From assembly GCA_016861265.1 (NCBI GenBank), contig BOLA01000001.1:671118-735117 (forward strand): 64,000 nucleotides of DNA, in the 5' to 3' direction. The DNA comes from Patescibacteria group bacterium (lineage in GTDB: Bacteria > Patescibacteriota > Dojkabacteria > J137). Made by a program: the position numbers and the translations under genes. The notes under the pieces were generated by a model. The model ran no database searches. It saw only the letters and a program-made list of their open reading frames with translations, and was not told the DNA's origin. Positions 40,478-51,335 of this stretch are shown here, piece after piece (the stretch's first letter is position 1; each line of letters begins with the position of its first letter).

Positions 40478-41506
40478 ATGAACGAATTAAAAAACCTCGC
40501 ATTAAGTCTTTGTCTGCAAAACAAAAATAGCTATAAATATATAGAAGGCTTTGCTGAAAGTATGTTTGAGTCCACGCCCGCATATGACAAACTACGCAAA
40601 TCCTTAGGCAAAGCTTTGAAATTAGCTAACATAGATGTGCCTAGCTTTGAAAAAGATTTACAAAAACGTAACGTAAAGTTTACAACGATATTCGACTTAA
40701 ATTATCCTCCTCTGTTAAAGCAGTGTGAGGATGCTCCGCTGGTTATTTTTTATGTGGGAAATAAAGAATTGCTCTTGCACACTGGATTAGTATCAGTTGT
40801 CGGGACTAGAACAATGACTGCCCAAGGACGAAGTATTATTGAAGAACTGATTCCGAATCTAAAGACTTCTGTAGTAGTAAGTGGAATGGCATTTGGTGTA
40901 GATGCCTATTCTCATAGTATAGCTATAGATAATAATATTAATACAATAGCAGTATTGCCAGACTCTTGTGATAAACCTACTCCTTTTGGGAACATCAATC
41001 TTTATAGGCGAATATTGGACTCGGGAAATCTTATTCTCTCTGACCATCCTCCAGGAAAAAAATCTCATCCGGGGCTTTACCCTAAGAGGAATAGAATAAT
41101 CGCAGGTTTATCTAGGAAAACAATAGTAATTGAGGCGGGATTAAAGAGTGGGGCGTTAATAACTGCCGATATAGCGTTTAGTTATAATAGAGAGGTATTT
41201 GCATTCCCGGGAGGAGCTGGGCAATATACATTTAAAGGCTGCAATTACTTAATAAAAAATAATATAGCCCAGTTAATTGAAAATTCTGATGATTTTCTGG
41301 GAATACTGAGTAATGGGGGCATAGATCAGAAGTTGACAGGAGTGGAAAGAAATATCTATTATGCTATACTCCGTGAACCCAAAACACTTAGTGAATTATC
41401 GGAATTGTTAGGTCTTAGGATTAGTGAGTTAGGTGCAATTTGTACAAAGTTACAAATAAATGGTATTTTAAATACTGATAACCAAAATAAATTTTATGTA
41501 AGTTAG
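40478..41506 (+). CDS. dprA: DNA processing protein DprA/Smf
   Basis: Rossmann-like DprA core (VSVVGTR...SGMAFGVD...GGAG). Confidence 0.8.
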   Translation: MNELKNLALSLCLQNKNSYKYIEGFAESMFESTPAYDKLRKSLGKALKLANIDVPSFEKDLQKRNVKFTTIFDLNYPPLLKQCEDAPLVIFYVGNKELLLHTGLVSVVGTRTMTAQGRSIIEELIPNLKTSVVVSGMAFGVDAYSHSIAIDNNINTIAVLPDSCDKPTPFGNINLYRRILDSGNLILSDHPPGKKSHPGLYPKRNRIIAGLSRKTIVIEAGLKSGALITADIAFSYNREVFAFPGGAGQYTFKGCNYLIKNNIAQLIENSDDFLGILSNGGIDQKLTGVERNIYYAILREPKTLSELSELLGLRISELGAICTKLQINGILNTDNQNKFYVS

Positions 41507-41512
41507 CTATTT

Positions 41513-43717
41513 ATGGAACTTGTAATAGTAGAGTCACCGTCAAAAGCAAAGACAATAGGTAAATACCTGGGTAAAGGCTATATTGTTAAGGCTTCTAAGG
41601 GCCACGTTGTGGACCTTCCTAAGTCTGGTCTAGCTATAGATGTAGAAAATAACTTTAAACCAGAGTATGTAATTACCAATCCTAAGTCCTTATCGGAGAT
41701 AAAAAAGAGTATGAAAGATGCTGATAAACTTATACTTGCTGTCGACTTGGATCGGGAGGGAGAAGCTATTGGTTGGCATCTTGCGAAAGAGCTTAAATTA
41801 ATTGACGAGAAGGGTAATCCAAAGGGTAAGAAGAAGATTGAAAGAATAGTCTTTCATGAAATTACAAAGGACGCAATACAAGATGCTATTAAAAATCCAA
41901 GAAATATTGATTTAAACTTGGTGAATGCTCAACAAGGCAGGAGATTGTTAGACAGGCTAGTAGGATATAAGCTATCTCCCTTATTATGGAAGAAAATTTC
42001 ATTTGGCTTATCTGCAGGTAGGGTTCAGTCGGTAGCATTAAGGCTTGTAGTTGAAAAAGAAGAGGAACGAAATAAGTTTAAATCTGAGGAATATTGGACT
42101 ATAGATGCAGGTCTTAATCAAAAAAATAGTAACAAAAAAGTAAGCATAAATTATATTGAATCTGCTGCAAAAGAGGATTCCGCCGAAAAAAAGAATAAAT
42201 CAGTTATAGATTCAATTAAATTTAACTTAGCTAAAATAGATGGCAAAAACCCTAAAATACCTAACAAGAAGGATTCTGAAGAAGTTGTTAATTTTGTTAA
42301 GGATAAGAAATGGATTATAACTAAAATAGAGAAGACTGAAAGTAAAAGAAATCCTAAAGCCCCTTTTATAACAAGTACACTTCAACAGGCTGGGGTAAAC
42401 AGTCTAGGATTTAGTGCAAAAAGAACTATGTCTGCTGCACAAAAGCTTTACGAAGCGGGTTTAATAACCTACATGAGAACAGACTCTACTGTAATGTCTA
42501 ACTTAGCTATTGACCAAGCAAGGGCATTTATAAAAAAAGAATATGGGAATGAGTACGTGCCTGTAAAGCCTAATGTCTATCAATCTAGCAATAAGTCAGC
42601 TCAGGAGGCTCACGAATGTATCAGGCCTACTGATTTTTCTAAGTTAGCGAGTCATTTAAAATTAGATGGAGATCAGGAAAGAGTATATACGCTCATTCGA
42701 GCAAGAGCTCTCAGTTCTCAGATGACTCCTGCAAGACTACTAAATACAACAATTCATATTGAACTAGGTAAGTACTTATTTACTGCTAATGGAAAAATAG
42801 TTCAGTTTCCAGGCTACTTAAGAGCATCAAAAGAAAAATCGGAAGATACAATTCTTCCGGAAGTAAAGCAGGGAGAAGAGTTATTTGCTGAAGTTATAAA
42901 TTCAATTCAGCACTTTACAGAGCCTCCTGCACGATACTCAGAAGCTACGTTAATTAAAAAAATGGAAGAACTAGGTATAGGTAGGCCTTCTACATATGCT
43001 TCAATTATTTCAACTATCTTAGCTAGAAAATATGTTGAGGCTGAAGGTAGATACCTAAAGCCTACTGACATGGGAAATGTTGTAAATAAACTTCTAGTCA
43101 ACTATTTCTCTAATGTTGTAGATTATGGATTTACAGCAGAGATGGAAAACAACCTGGATAGAATTGCAGAAGGAAAAATGGACTGGGTAAAAATGCTTAA
43201 AGACTTTTACTTTCCATTCGAAAAAGAAATAGAATTACAAGACAAAAAAATTGATAGAAGTGAGTTTAAGCAACTCGGGACTTCAGACGAAAAATGTCCA
43301 AAGTGTGGGAATCCAATGGTTATTAAATTAAGTAGGTACGGCAAGTTTTTAAGCTGTAGTAAATTTCCTGAATGTGATGGAATGAAGAGTCTAGACTCTG
43401 AAGGCGGAACAGAAGCCTTAACGCTAGATGAAGAAAAGTACGAAAAGGGTCCCGTCACAGAAGATGGAAGAGAGTTTATTTTGAAAAATAGTCGTTATGG
43501 TAAGTTCTGGGCTCACCCGGATTATCCTAAGGTAAAGGAAGCTAAGTCTCTAATTCTAAAAGAAAAATGTCCTTTGTGTAAGCACGGGCTTGTGGAAAGA
43601 AAGGGTAAATGGGGTAAGACTTTTATTGGTTGTTCAGATTATCCGAAGTGTAAGTATATTAAAAATGTAAAAGAAAGTAAGACTGAGGAAGAAACTTCTG
43701 AGCAGAATGTAAATTGA
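41513..43717 (+). CDS. topA: DNA topoisomerase I with C-terminal C4 zinc ribbons
   Basis: TOPRIM (LVIVESPSKAKTI), the topo IA core and three Cys4 ribbons. TGA stop. Confidence 0.9.
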   Translation: MELVIVESPSKAKTIGKYLGKGYIVKASKGHVVDLPKSGLAIDVENNFKPEYVITNPKSLSEIKKSMKDADKLILAVDLDREGEAIGWHLAKELKLIDEKGNPKGKKKIERIVFHEITKDAIQDAIKNPRNIDLNLVNAQQGRRLLDRLVGYKLSPLLWKKISFGLSAGRVQSVALRLVVEKEEERNKFKSEEYWTIDAGLNQKNSNKKVSINYIESAAKEDSAEKKNKSVIDSIKFNLAKIDGKNPKIPNKKDSEEVVNFVKDKKWIITKIEKTESKRNPKAPFITSTLQQAGVNSLGFSAKRTMSAAQKLYEAGLITYMRTDSTVMSNLAIDQARAFIKKEYGNEYVPVKPNVYQSSNKSAQEAHECIRPTDFSKLASHLKLDGDQERVYTLIRARALSSQMTPARLLNTTIHIELGKYLFTANGKIVQFPGYLRASKEKSEDTILPEVKQGEELFAEVINSIQHFTEPPARYSEATLIKKMEELGIGRPSTYASIISTILARKYVEAEGRYLKPTDMGNVVNKLLVNYFSNVVDYGFTAEMENNLDRIAEGKMDWVKMLKDFYFPFEKEIELQDKKIDRSEFKQLGTSDEKCPKCGNPMVIKLSRYGKFLSCSKFPECDGMKSLDSEGGTEALTLDEEKYEKGPVTEDGREFILKNSRYGKFWAHPDYPKVKEAKSLILKEKCPLCKHGLVERKGKWGKTFIGCSDYPKCKYIKNVKESKTEEETSEQNVN

Positions 43718-43863
43718 TTAGCGTAAAAGATATTAGAAAGTTATTAAATTTAATGGCTTTATACTAGATTATGGTATAATTTAGCCAAATCCAACACGTA
43801 GATTATTTTCCTTGGGATTACCCTAAATCTACGGAAGTTTATTTAATTTAAAGGAATACAAAA

Positions 43864-44904
43864 ATGGAAGAGAATAAGAATGCTCAGGCACAAGAGTCTA
43901 AAACTAGTGCAACTTTATCTATCCCTTCAGCTAAAGAATTACTTGAAGTAGGAATTCAATTTGGACATGAGTCTCAAAGATGGAATCCTAAGATGTCTAA
44001 GTATATTTACTCGGCTAAAAATAGAATTCATATTATTGATATTCACCAGACTGAGGAAAAGTTAAAAGAGGCTGTTAATTTCTTAACAGATGCTGCCTCA
44101 AGAGGTAATGTAATGTTTGTGGGAACTAAAAAACAGGCTGCAGATATTATAAAAGAAGAAGCAATAAGAAGTGGCTCATACTTTATTTCAAGTAGATGGG
44201 CAGGTGGAATTTTAACTAACTTTAATGTAGTTAAGAAAAGTCTAAATAAATTAGAGTCCCTAGAAAAATCTTTTTCAGAAGGAGTTCAAGACAGAACAAA
44301 ATACGAAGTATCTGTAATGAAAAAAGAGTGGGAGAGATTGAATAGACTTTATGAAGGAATTAAAACTTTGAATACAAAACCAACTGCAATTGTAATTGTT
44401 GATACAAGATTTGAAAAAGCTGCAGTAAGAGAAGCAAGAAAACTAAATATTCCTGTGGTCGCTTTAATAGATACAAACTGTGATCCAGATACAGCTGATT
44501 ATATTATTCCTGGAAATGATGATGCTATAGGATCTATTAAATTAGTACTTAAGACCCTAGCCGACGCTGTTCTAAAAGGGAATAAAGGAAATGGTATTAA
44601 ACATAACTTGGTTGATTATAATAAGGTTGAAATTAAAATTACAAAGACAGAAGATGTTAAGGAAAATAAAGAATTAATTGAGGAAGCACAGGGAAATGAA
44701 CCGAAAGTGAATGCACCTGTTAGAGAGGAAAAACGAACAGGAAGAAAATCTAAAGTAAAGGGCATGTTGGAAATCGCAAAAGAAAAAGCAACAAAAACAG
44801 GCGTAAAAAAAGAGTCTACAAAAAAAGTAGAAAAGAAAGAAGACAAAAAAATAGCTAAAACTGCAAAAAAGCCTGCAGCAAAAAAGGCAACAAAAACTAA
44901 ATAA
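43864..44904 (+). CDS. rpsB: 30S ribosomal protein S2 with a Lys-rich C-terminal extension
   Basis: Contains LLEVGIQFGHESQRWNPKM. Confidence 0.9.
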   Translation: MEENKNAQAQESKTSATLSIPSAKELLEVGIQFGHESQRWNPKMSKYIYSAKNRIHIIDIHQTEEKLKEAVNFLTDAASRGNVMFVGTKKQAADIIKEEAIRSGSYFISSRWAGGILTNFNVVKKSLNKLESLEKSFSEGVQDRTKYEVSVMKKEWERLNRLYEGIKTLNTKPTAIVIVDTRFEKAAVREARKLNIPVVALIDTNCDPDTADYIIPGNDDAIGSIKLVLKTLADAVLKGNKGNGIKHNLVDYNKVEIKITKTEDVKENKELIEEAQGNEPKVNAPVREEKRTGRKSKVKGMLEIAKEKATKTGVKKESTKKVEKKEDKKIAKTAKKPAAKKATKTK

Positions 44905-44921
44905 TTTATTAAGGTAAATTT

Positions 44922-45554
44922 ATGGTAACAATAGATCAGATTAAAGAGTTAAGAACTATAACTGGAGCCGGAGTAGGGGCAGTTAGAGAAGCTCTTGAGA
45001 CAACAAATGGTGATGTAGCAGAAGCAATTAAATTCCTTAGAGCTAAGGGATTGGCTAAGGCCGGTAAGAGAAAAGGAAAAGTTGCAGAACATGGTATCTT
45101 GGGGACTTATATTCACTCAAACAAAAAATTTGTAGTAGTAGTAGAGGTTGCTTGTGAGACTGACTTTGCTGCTAAGAGTGAAGATATGAATAAATTTGCT
45201 AACGATTTGGCAGTTCATATCGCAGCTGTTAATCCTAAATATATTTCTGTTAGCTCAATTGACAAAGAAACTTTGGCTAATGAACTTTCAGCAGCTGAAT
45301 CTGGCCTGGATAACAAACCAGATGAAATAAGAAAAACGATAATTAATGGAAAACTGGAAAAATTCTACCAGGAGGTAGTATTATTAAAGCAGACATTATT
45401 TACTGATGAATCTAAAACAGTAGAAGATTATCAAAACGAAATGGTAGCTAAGATAGGCGAAAAAATAGAAATTACACAATTTTATAAATTTCAAGTTGGC
45501 GAACCAGTAGTTTCAAATACTGCTGCTCCCGAAGAAGAAGTAACAGAAGAATAA
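44922..45554 (+). CDS. tsf: Elongation factor Ts
   Basis: Contains IKELRTITGAGVGAVREALE... Short form. Confidence 0.85.
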   Translation: MVTIDQIKELRTITGAGVGAVREALETTNGDVAEAIKFLRAKGLAKAGKRKGKVAEHGILGTYIHSNKKFVVVVEVACETDFAAKSEDMNKFANDLAVHIAAVNPKYISVSSIDKETLANELSAAESGLDNKPDEIRKTIINGKLEKFYQEVVLLKQTLFTDESKTVEDYQNEMVAKIGEKIEITQFYKFQVGEPVVSNTAAPEEEVTEE

Positions 45555-45556
45555 TT

Positions 45557-46105
45557 ATGTTGTTTGACCAAGACGAATACAAATTAGAGCTAGAAGAAAT
45601 CTTAGAGAGATTCAAATTAGAATTATCTAAGATTAGATCAGGCAAGGCTAGTATTTCGGTCTTTCAGAAAATTCAAGTTGAATCCTATGGAACTTTTATG
45701 GGACTTACTGCTGTAGCTAAGGTTATAGTAGACGGTCCCATGTCTGTTAAGTTAGAAGTGTGGGATAAATCTAATGTAACATCAGTAATAGAGGCATTAG
45801 AAAAGGTTGATTTGGGTGCGAGAATATCTCAAGAAGGTAACATCATTAGGATTAACTTTATTCCATTAACTGAAGAAGATAGGAAAGAAAAAGCTGATAA
45901 AATTATACCTAAGTTACTAAATGAATTTTTAACTAGGGCTAGAGAAATAAGAAGAGATTATAATGACAAAGTTAAATCTTTAGATAAAGTATCTGAAGAT
46001 GATCAAGAAAGAAGTTACGAAAAAATTCAGGAGATCTTAAAAGAATATGAAGGAGAGTTTGAATCCGCAGCTAAGAATAAAAAACTTGAATTATTGACTT
46101 TGTAA
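45557..46105 (+). CDS. frr: Ribosome recycling factor
   Basis: RRF family sequence, directly after tsf with no pyrH in between. Confidence 0.8.
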   Translation: MLFDQDEYKLELEEILERFKLELSKIRSGKASISVFQKIQVESYGTFMGLTAVAKVIVDGPMSVKLEVWDKSNVTSVIEALEKVDLGARISQEGNIIRINFIPLTEEDRKEKADKIIPKLLNEFLTRAREIRRDYNDKVKSLDKVSEDDQERSYEKIQEILKEYEGEFESAAKNKKLELLTL

Positions 46106-46106
46106 T

Positions 46107-47276
46107 ATGACTTTCATCCTCACAATTCTAATATTTGCATTAATAATTACAATATTAGTATCCATTCATGAATTTGGCCATTTTGCAGCTGCTAAATTAT
46201 CAGGAGTTGCGGTTCAAGAATTTGCTATAGGATTTGGTCCAACTATATTCAAGAAGCACTTCAGAGGTACAGATTATAAATTCAATATTTTTCCGTTAGG
46301 AGGATATGTTCAGCTAGAAGGTGAAACTGATGCATCTAATCCCCATGCATTCAGGAATACAAAGTTAAGAATTAAGGCATTTGTTTTAATGGCAGGCATA
46401 GTAATGAACTTAATATTAGCTATATTTTTGCTTCAGATTTATTTGGGTAATAATGGCTATCGGTTTGCTATACCTAAATTGGTAGATTATCAATTTACTA
46501 ATACTCAATTTCAGCAGTCATTTTATCCATTGATAGTTTCTTTTGTTGATCCTGAAGGTCCTTCTGTAGGTAAGTTCCAAGAAAACGAAGCTATAATCGC
46601 AGCCAATGGAATAGAGTTCAGCAGTATGAATGAATTCCTTCAAATTTTAAAGGATAATCAGAATAAGGAAATTGAATTTCAATTCATTGACTTTCAAAGT
46701 TTTGAGATATCAAAAAGAAACGTAACGTTGGGCAGCGCAGATGAGAATGGATCAATATTGAAGGTAGGTTTAGTTCCATATGATTCACAATCTGGCAAAA
46801 AAACTTATTTCTTGAAATATAATGAAGGATTAGGAGCAGGTTCCTCGATGACTTACGATGCATTCATATATCAATTTAAAGCACTGGGAGGTATCTTTTC
46901 AAATGCATTTTCAACAGGAAATTATCAGGAGGTATCGAATAGTGTGGGAGGGCTACCTGCAATAGGCAATCAAGTTGGCCAATTAGTTGAGTTTCAGGCA
47001 TATGATGTTTTAATACCATTAACAGCACTATTTAGTGTGAATTTAGCTATGTTCAATATATTGCCATTCCCAGCACTTGATGGGGGTCAGCTACTTTTTG
47101 CAGTTATTGAGAAGTTGAGAAGAAAAAAGTTTAGTGATCAATTTCTAAATAGGATTAATTTTGCAGGTTTTGTTCTATTAATGAGTTTAGGCCTTCTGGT
47201 TACTTTGAAAGATATAATTCAATTGAATTGGATAGGCAGCATTGTAGAGGGTGTTAAAAACATACTAGGAAGGTAA
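46107..47276 (+). CDS. rseP: Site-2 protease RseP-like (M50 zinc metalloprotease with a PDZ domain)
   Basis: HEFGHF zinc site, a PDZ region and NILPFPALDGG. Confidence 0.85.
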   Translation: MTFILTILIFALIITILVSIHEFGHFAAAKLSGVAVQEFAIGFGPTIFKKHFRGTDYKFNIFPLGGYVQLEGETDASNPHAFRNTKLRIKAFVLMAGIVMNLILAIFLLQIYLGNNGYRFAIPKLVDYQFTNTQFQQSFYPLIVSFVDPEGPSVGKFQENEAIIAANGIEFSSMNEFLQILKDNQNKEIEFQFIDFQSFEISKRNVTLGSADENGSILKVGLVPYDSQSGKKTYFLKYNEGLGAGSSMTYDAFIYQFKALGGIFSNAFSTGNYQEVSNSVGGLPAIGNQVGQLVEFQAYDVLIPLTALFSVNLAMFNILPFPALDGGQLLFAVIEKLRRKKFSDQFLNRINFAGFVLLMSLGLLVTLKDIIQLNWIGSIVEGVKNILGR

Positions 47277-47353
47277 AATTTTGTAAATCCTACATAATTT
47301 TGTTAAAATTCCAGAGCTAATAATTTTGAAACTTTAGGGGAGGTAATTTTTAT

Positions 47354-47557
47354 ATGTCAGTTGTTGTACACGATGAGATGTCTTTAGACTTAGCTTTAAG
47401 ACTTTTATGGAGAGAAGCTACTAGAGAAGGAGTTATGGAGAAGTTAGAGGAAAAGAGATATTTTATTCCAAAAACTTTTACTAAACACCAAAAAACAAAA
47501 GTTTGGGCCAAAACAAAGAAGAGAAGAAGACAGGCAAGAAGAAAGCAAAAAATATAA
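47354..47557 (+). CDS. rpsU: 30S ribosomal protein S21
   Basis: Small basic protein; LDLALRLLWREATREGVMEKLEEKRYFIPKT fits S21. Confidence 0.65.
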   Translation: MSVVVHDEMSLDLALRLLWREATREGVMEKLEEKRYFIPKTFTKHQKTKVWAKTKKRRRQARRKQKI

Positions 47558-47579
47558 AAATAATTAATGAATTTTTTAA

Positions 47580-47603
47580 CCCGCCAACTGGCGGGTTTTT
47601 TTA
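47580..47603 (+). terminator. Rho-independent terminator after rpsU
   Basis: CCCGCCAACTGGCGGG followed by TTTTTTT. Confidence 0.75.
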
Positions 47604-47652
47604 TTGATTTAATTACGGGCGTAGAAATTTATTTATATAGTATACTTATTTT

Positions 47653-49152
47653 ATGGCAGAAGTTTTATATAGAAAATACCGACCTACAAGTTTTGCCCAA
47701 ATTGAGGGTCAAGAATCCGTAGTACAGATACTAAAGGAATCCATTTTACAAGGTAAAGTTTCTCATGCCTATCTGTTTTGTGGGCCAAGGGGTTGTGGGA
47801 AGACTACAATAGCTAGAATTATGGCAAAAGCAGTTAATTGCGAAAATTTCGCTAAATTAGGCGATATTTGTAATAAGTGTGATGCTTGTACCGCAATAAA
47901 TAACGGAAGTATGGACATTATGGAGATGGATGCGGCAAGTAATAGAGGTATAGAAGAAATAAGAGTTGTTAGAGATACTGTAAACTTTGTTCCTAACTTT
48001 CTTGCAAAGAAAGTTTATATAATTGATGAGGCGCATATGTTAACAAAGGAGGCCTTTAATGCATTATTGAAAACTTTAGAAGAGCCGCCAGAACACGTTG
48101 TATTTGTATTGGCCACAACTGAGTCTCATAAACTTCCTGTAACAATCCTATCTAGGGTTACGAGATTTGATTTCAAATTAGGCAGTGAAAACGAGATTTT
48201 AAACAAGCTAGGCCGTATAGTAGCTTCGGAAGGATATTCAATTAGTTTAGATAGCTTAAGACTCATTTTTGAGTACTCTGGGGGAAGCTTTCGAGACTCT
48301 GAGAGTTTACTTTCTAAAGTTATTTTGACTTCCTCTTCAAAAGAGATTTCAGACGATCTAGTAAATAAGGCATTAGGTGTTGCTGATATCAAAAACATTG
48401 AAGGTTTTATTGAGGGATTTAAAAATAGAGACGTAAATAGATTAACCACTATAATTACTGAAATTTCAGAAAGTAATGATAATGTTCCAATATTTCTAGA
48501 ACAATTAATTCAGTCCGTGAACAATAAATTGATAGAACAAGCAAAAAGGGGTGCTCTTGAATATGAATACATAAGTATTGCTAACTTAGCTATAAAGATA
48601 AGGTCAGAAATACGGGACTTCTCTGACAAATCAACAATAGTGAATTTAGCATTACTCAGCTATTTTAATAGAGAGCAAATGTCCGCTACTATTTCGGGTC
48701 CACCTAAGCTTGAGAAACAGGTTTCAATAAAAAAGGAAGATGATGTTTCATTAGTAGAAGAAAGTAAAGCAGAAAAGAAAGAGGTTGTAGATATTAAGGA
48801 TAAATCTTTTACCGAAGCAGTGGCAATAAGAGCTCAGAGTAGTCTTCCTAGACTAAAGGGAATGATGAATACCGCTAAGATTGAAATTATTGGGGATGAA
48901 ATAAAGGTGAGTAGTCCGTATAAATTTAACCTTGCCTATATGTCAAAGAAAGAGGCACGAGATATTTTTCTTGAAGTTGCGAGGGAACTCTACGGAAAAA
49001 ATCTTGGTATAAGTTTTTCTATAGATGCAGATATTCAAATCCCAGCTAAAAATGAGGCTGAAAAAGTGGAAAATGATGATAAAATAATCGAGCCAAAGAA
49101 GAAAGTTGATAAAACAATCGATAATTCTAATTTGGTAGAAGAAATATTTTAA
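47653..49152 (+). CDS. dnaX: DNA polymerase III subunit gamma/tau
   Basis: GPRGCGKTT, a Cys4 zinc module (CNKCDAC) and a clamp-loader AAA+ domain. Confidence 0.9.
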   Translation: MAEVLYRKYRPTSFAQIEGQESVVQILKESILQGKVSHAYLFCGPRGCGKTTIARIMAKAVNCENFAKLGDICNKCDACTAINNGSMDIMEMDAASNRGIEEIRVVRDTVNFVPNFLAKKVYIIDEAHMLTKEAFNALLKTLEEPPEHVVFVLATTESHKLPVTILSRVTRFDFKLGSENEILNKLGRIVASEGYSISLDSLRLIFEYSGGSFRDSESLLSKVILTSSSKEISDDLVNKALGVADIKNIEGFIEGFKNRDVNRLTTIITEISESNDNVPIFLEQLIQSVNNKLIEQAKRGALEYEYISIANLAIKIRSEIRDFSDKSTIVNLALLSYFNREQMSATISGPPKLEKQVSIKKEDDVSLVEESKAEKKEVVDIKDKSFTEAVAIRAQSSLPRLKGMMNTAKIEIIGDEIKVSSPYKFNLAYMSKKEARDIFLEVARELYGKNLGISFSIDADIQIPAKNEAEKVENDDKIIEPKKKVDKTIDNSNLVEEIF

Positions 49153-49168
49153 ATTTTTTAATAATTAT

Positions 49169-49483
49169 ATGGGTGTATTAGATTTACCAAAGTTAGCTTT
49201 AAAGGCTAGAAAAATGCAAAGTCAGATGCAGGCAACAAAGTCTGTAGGTAAGAGCGGAACAATTGCTCTTATTATTAATGGTGTTTATTCAATTGTAGAA
49301 GTTGAGCCTGATTATGAGGAGCTTAAGAAAAGATTCCCAACCATCCCAGAGGATGTACTAAGAAAATTGGTAACAACTATAGCAAACGATACAAAAAAAG
49401 CTGTAGATGATGCTAAGAATCAGTTGCAAAAAGAGATGGCTGCTAATACTAGTCTAGATGATTTAAGAGGAATGTTGAATTAA
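49169..49483 (+). CDS. ybaB: Nucleoid-associated protein YbaB/EbfC
   Basis: ~100-aa protein between dnaX and recR (canonical synteny) with the YbaB fold pattern. Confidence 0.8.
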   Translation: MGVLDLPKLALKARKMQSQMQATKSVGKSGTIALIINGVYSIVEVEPDYEELKKRFPTIPEDVLRKLVTTIANDTKKAVDDAKNQLQKEMAANTSLDDLRGMLN

Positions 49484-50088
49484 TGGCGAGTCTTCCTAAG
49501 GAAATAAATGATTTAACAGATGCATTCAGTAGTTTGCCGAATGTTGGTCCAAAGCTATCTGCTAGAATAGCAATATATTTATCTGTGAGTGCGAAAGATT
49601 TAGCTAAAAAGTTAAGTGAGTCTTTAGAGTCTGTAATCAATAACATTTCAAAATGTAACATATGCGGCAATGTGACTAATAAGGACATTTGTTCCGTATG
49701 CGAGGATGATAAGCGTGATAAATCAATAATCTTAGTGGTAGAAGATTCATTAGATTTAATAAATATCGAAAGCACAAGAGAGTATAGAGGCGTCTATCAT
49801 GTACTAGGAGGAGTAATTTCACCTATTAATGGTATTGGTCCTGACGACATTAATATAACCTCGCTAGTCAAGAGAGTCGAAGATGAGGCTATAAAAGAGG
49901 TAATTCTTGGCCTAAACCCTAATTTGGAGGGTGATTCTACGGCACTGTACATTAAAGATCAGTTAGAAACCGCACGACCGGATCTACAGATAACCAGGCT
50001 AGCTAAGGGAATTCCTGTAGGTGGAGATCTTGAGTATTTGTCTGGACAGACAATTATAGATTCTATGAAAAGTAGAATAAATTTTTAA
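49483..50088 (+). CDS. recR: Recombination protein RecR
   Basis: C4 zinc finger (CNICGN...CSVC) and a Toprim domain. Confidence 0.9.
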   Translation: MASLPKEINDLTDAFSSLPNVGPKLSARIAIYLSVSAKDLAKKLSESLESVINNISKCNICGNVTNKDICSVCEDDKRDKSIILVVEDSLDLINIESTREYRGVYHVLGGVISPINGIGPDDINITSLVKRVEDEAIKEVILGLNPNLEGDSTALYIKDQLETARPDLQITRLAKGIPVGGDLEYLSGQTIIDSMKSRINF

Positions 50089-50179
50089 TAGGTATTTAAA
50101 CTCTTAATCACTTGTTGTATAATCTACAGACTGTTTCAGATAAGGAATCAGGCAATTATTTATATAAACGCGTAAAAAT

Positions 50180-50467
50180 ATGAAGTACGAATTGGCACTT
50201 GTTATAAAGCCACTTAGCACAGAAGATGTTAAGGAGAAGGTTCTTCCAAAAGTAGAATCTACAGTAAAGGAATTAGGTGGAACAATAAAGTTAACAAATC
50301 CTTTGGGAAAAAGAATGTTAGCTTACCCAGTAAATAAATTTAAAGAAGGATTTTACTACTTCTACGATGTAGAAATGTCTTCAGGCAAAACTACAGAATT
50401 CAGAAAATCACTCAGAATGAATTCAGATGTATTAAGATCTTTATTGATTAAGAAAGAAGAAGTTTAA
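50180..50467 (+). CDS. rpsF: 30S ribosomal protein S6
   Basis: MKYELALVIKP... at the head of the rpsF-ssb-rpsR cluster. Confidence 0.85.
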   Translation: MKYELALVIKPLSTEDVKEKVLPKVESTVKELGGTIKLTNPLGKRMLAYPVNKFKEGFYYFYDVEMSSGKTTEFRKSLRMNSDVLRSLLIKKEEV

Positions 50468-50491
50468 ATATTAATTTATTAGCTAAAGAAT

Positions 50492-50983
50492 ATGTCTAAA
50501 GCAAGATCATTAAATAAGGTAATGCTAATAGGAAATCTAACAAGAAATCCTGTAATTAGAGAAACTTCAAATGGTGTAACAGTTTGTTCTTTTGGGATTG
50601 CTACAAATACGAGTTGGAAAGATAAATCGGGTAGTGTAAAGGAAAAGGCTGAGTATCATAACTTAATTGCTTTCAATAAATTAGCTGAAATTTGTGCAAT
50701 GGTTCTTACAATTGGAATGTTAGTTTATGTTGAAGGTGAGTTAAGGACTAGAGTGACAGAAGGAAATGATGGAAAGAAAATCTATAGAACTGAGATCAAA
50801 TTAAATGACATGATTTTAATTGATAGCAAGGGTAAGAAAGGTGTAGGAGTTGATGCAGCAAAAGAAGCTGGGAAATCCCTACCACCAAGAGAAGTGTCCG
50901 AGGAAGACTTGGCTGGAGATCATAGATCTTCAACAGTGGATGCCGATTCAGATGATGAGTTCAAGAGTGAAGATTTATTTTAA
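50492..50983 (+). CDS. ssb: Single-stranded DNA-binding protein
   Basis: OB fold (NKVMLIGNLTRNP) and an acidic C-terminal tail DDEFKSEDLF. Confidence 0.9.
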   Translation: MSKARSLNKVMLIGNLTRNPVIRETSNGVTVCSFGIATNTSWKDKSGSVKEKAEYHNLIAFNKLAEICAMVLTIGMLVYVEGELRTRVTEGNDGKKIYRTEIKLNDMILIDSKGKKGVGVDAAKEAGKSLPPREVSEEDLAGDHRSSTVDADSDDEFKSEDLF

Positions 50984-51002
50984 TTTCAATATTATTTAAG
51001 GT

Positions 51003-51248
51003 ATGGCTTTCAAAAAGAAAAAACAAAAGAGAGTAATAAAGCAAGCTAAATTGTCTGATCCATTTAATAATGATCCTTCAAGAATTGATTATAAAGATAT
51101 TCAGACTTTAAAGAAGTTTATTACAACAAGAGGAAGAATTCTTCCTCCAGAAAAGACTGGAGTATCACCAAAATGCCAGAGAAAATTATCTGTTTCTATT
51201 AAAAGGGCAAGATATTTGGCATTAATTCCTTTCGCTCAATACGTATAA
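51003..51248 (+). CDS. rpsR: 30S ribosomal protein S18
   Basis: Contains [21 protein letters not shown]. Confidence 0.9.
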   Translation: MAFKKKKQKRVIKQAKLSDPFNNDPSRIDYKDIQTLKKFITTRGRILPPEKTGVSPKCQRKLSVSIKRARYLALIPFAQYV

Positions 51249-51272
51249 GTACTGATAAGATTGTACTATCTA

Positions 51273-51299
51273 AAGCCTCGAAAATTTCGAGGCTTTTTT
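51273..51299 (+). terminator. Rho-independent terminator after rpsR
   Basis: AAGCCTCGAAAATTTCGAGGCTT followed by TTTT. Confidence 0.75.
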
Positions 51300-51335
51300 A
51301 TTGTCTTTAAAAAATTTTACTCTATAATTGAAAGG

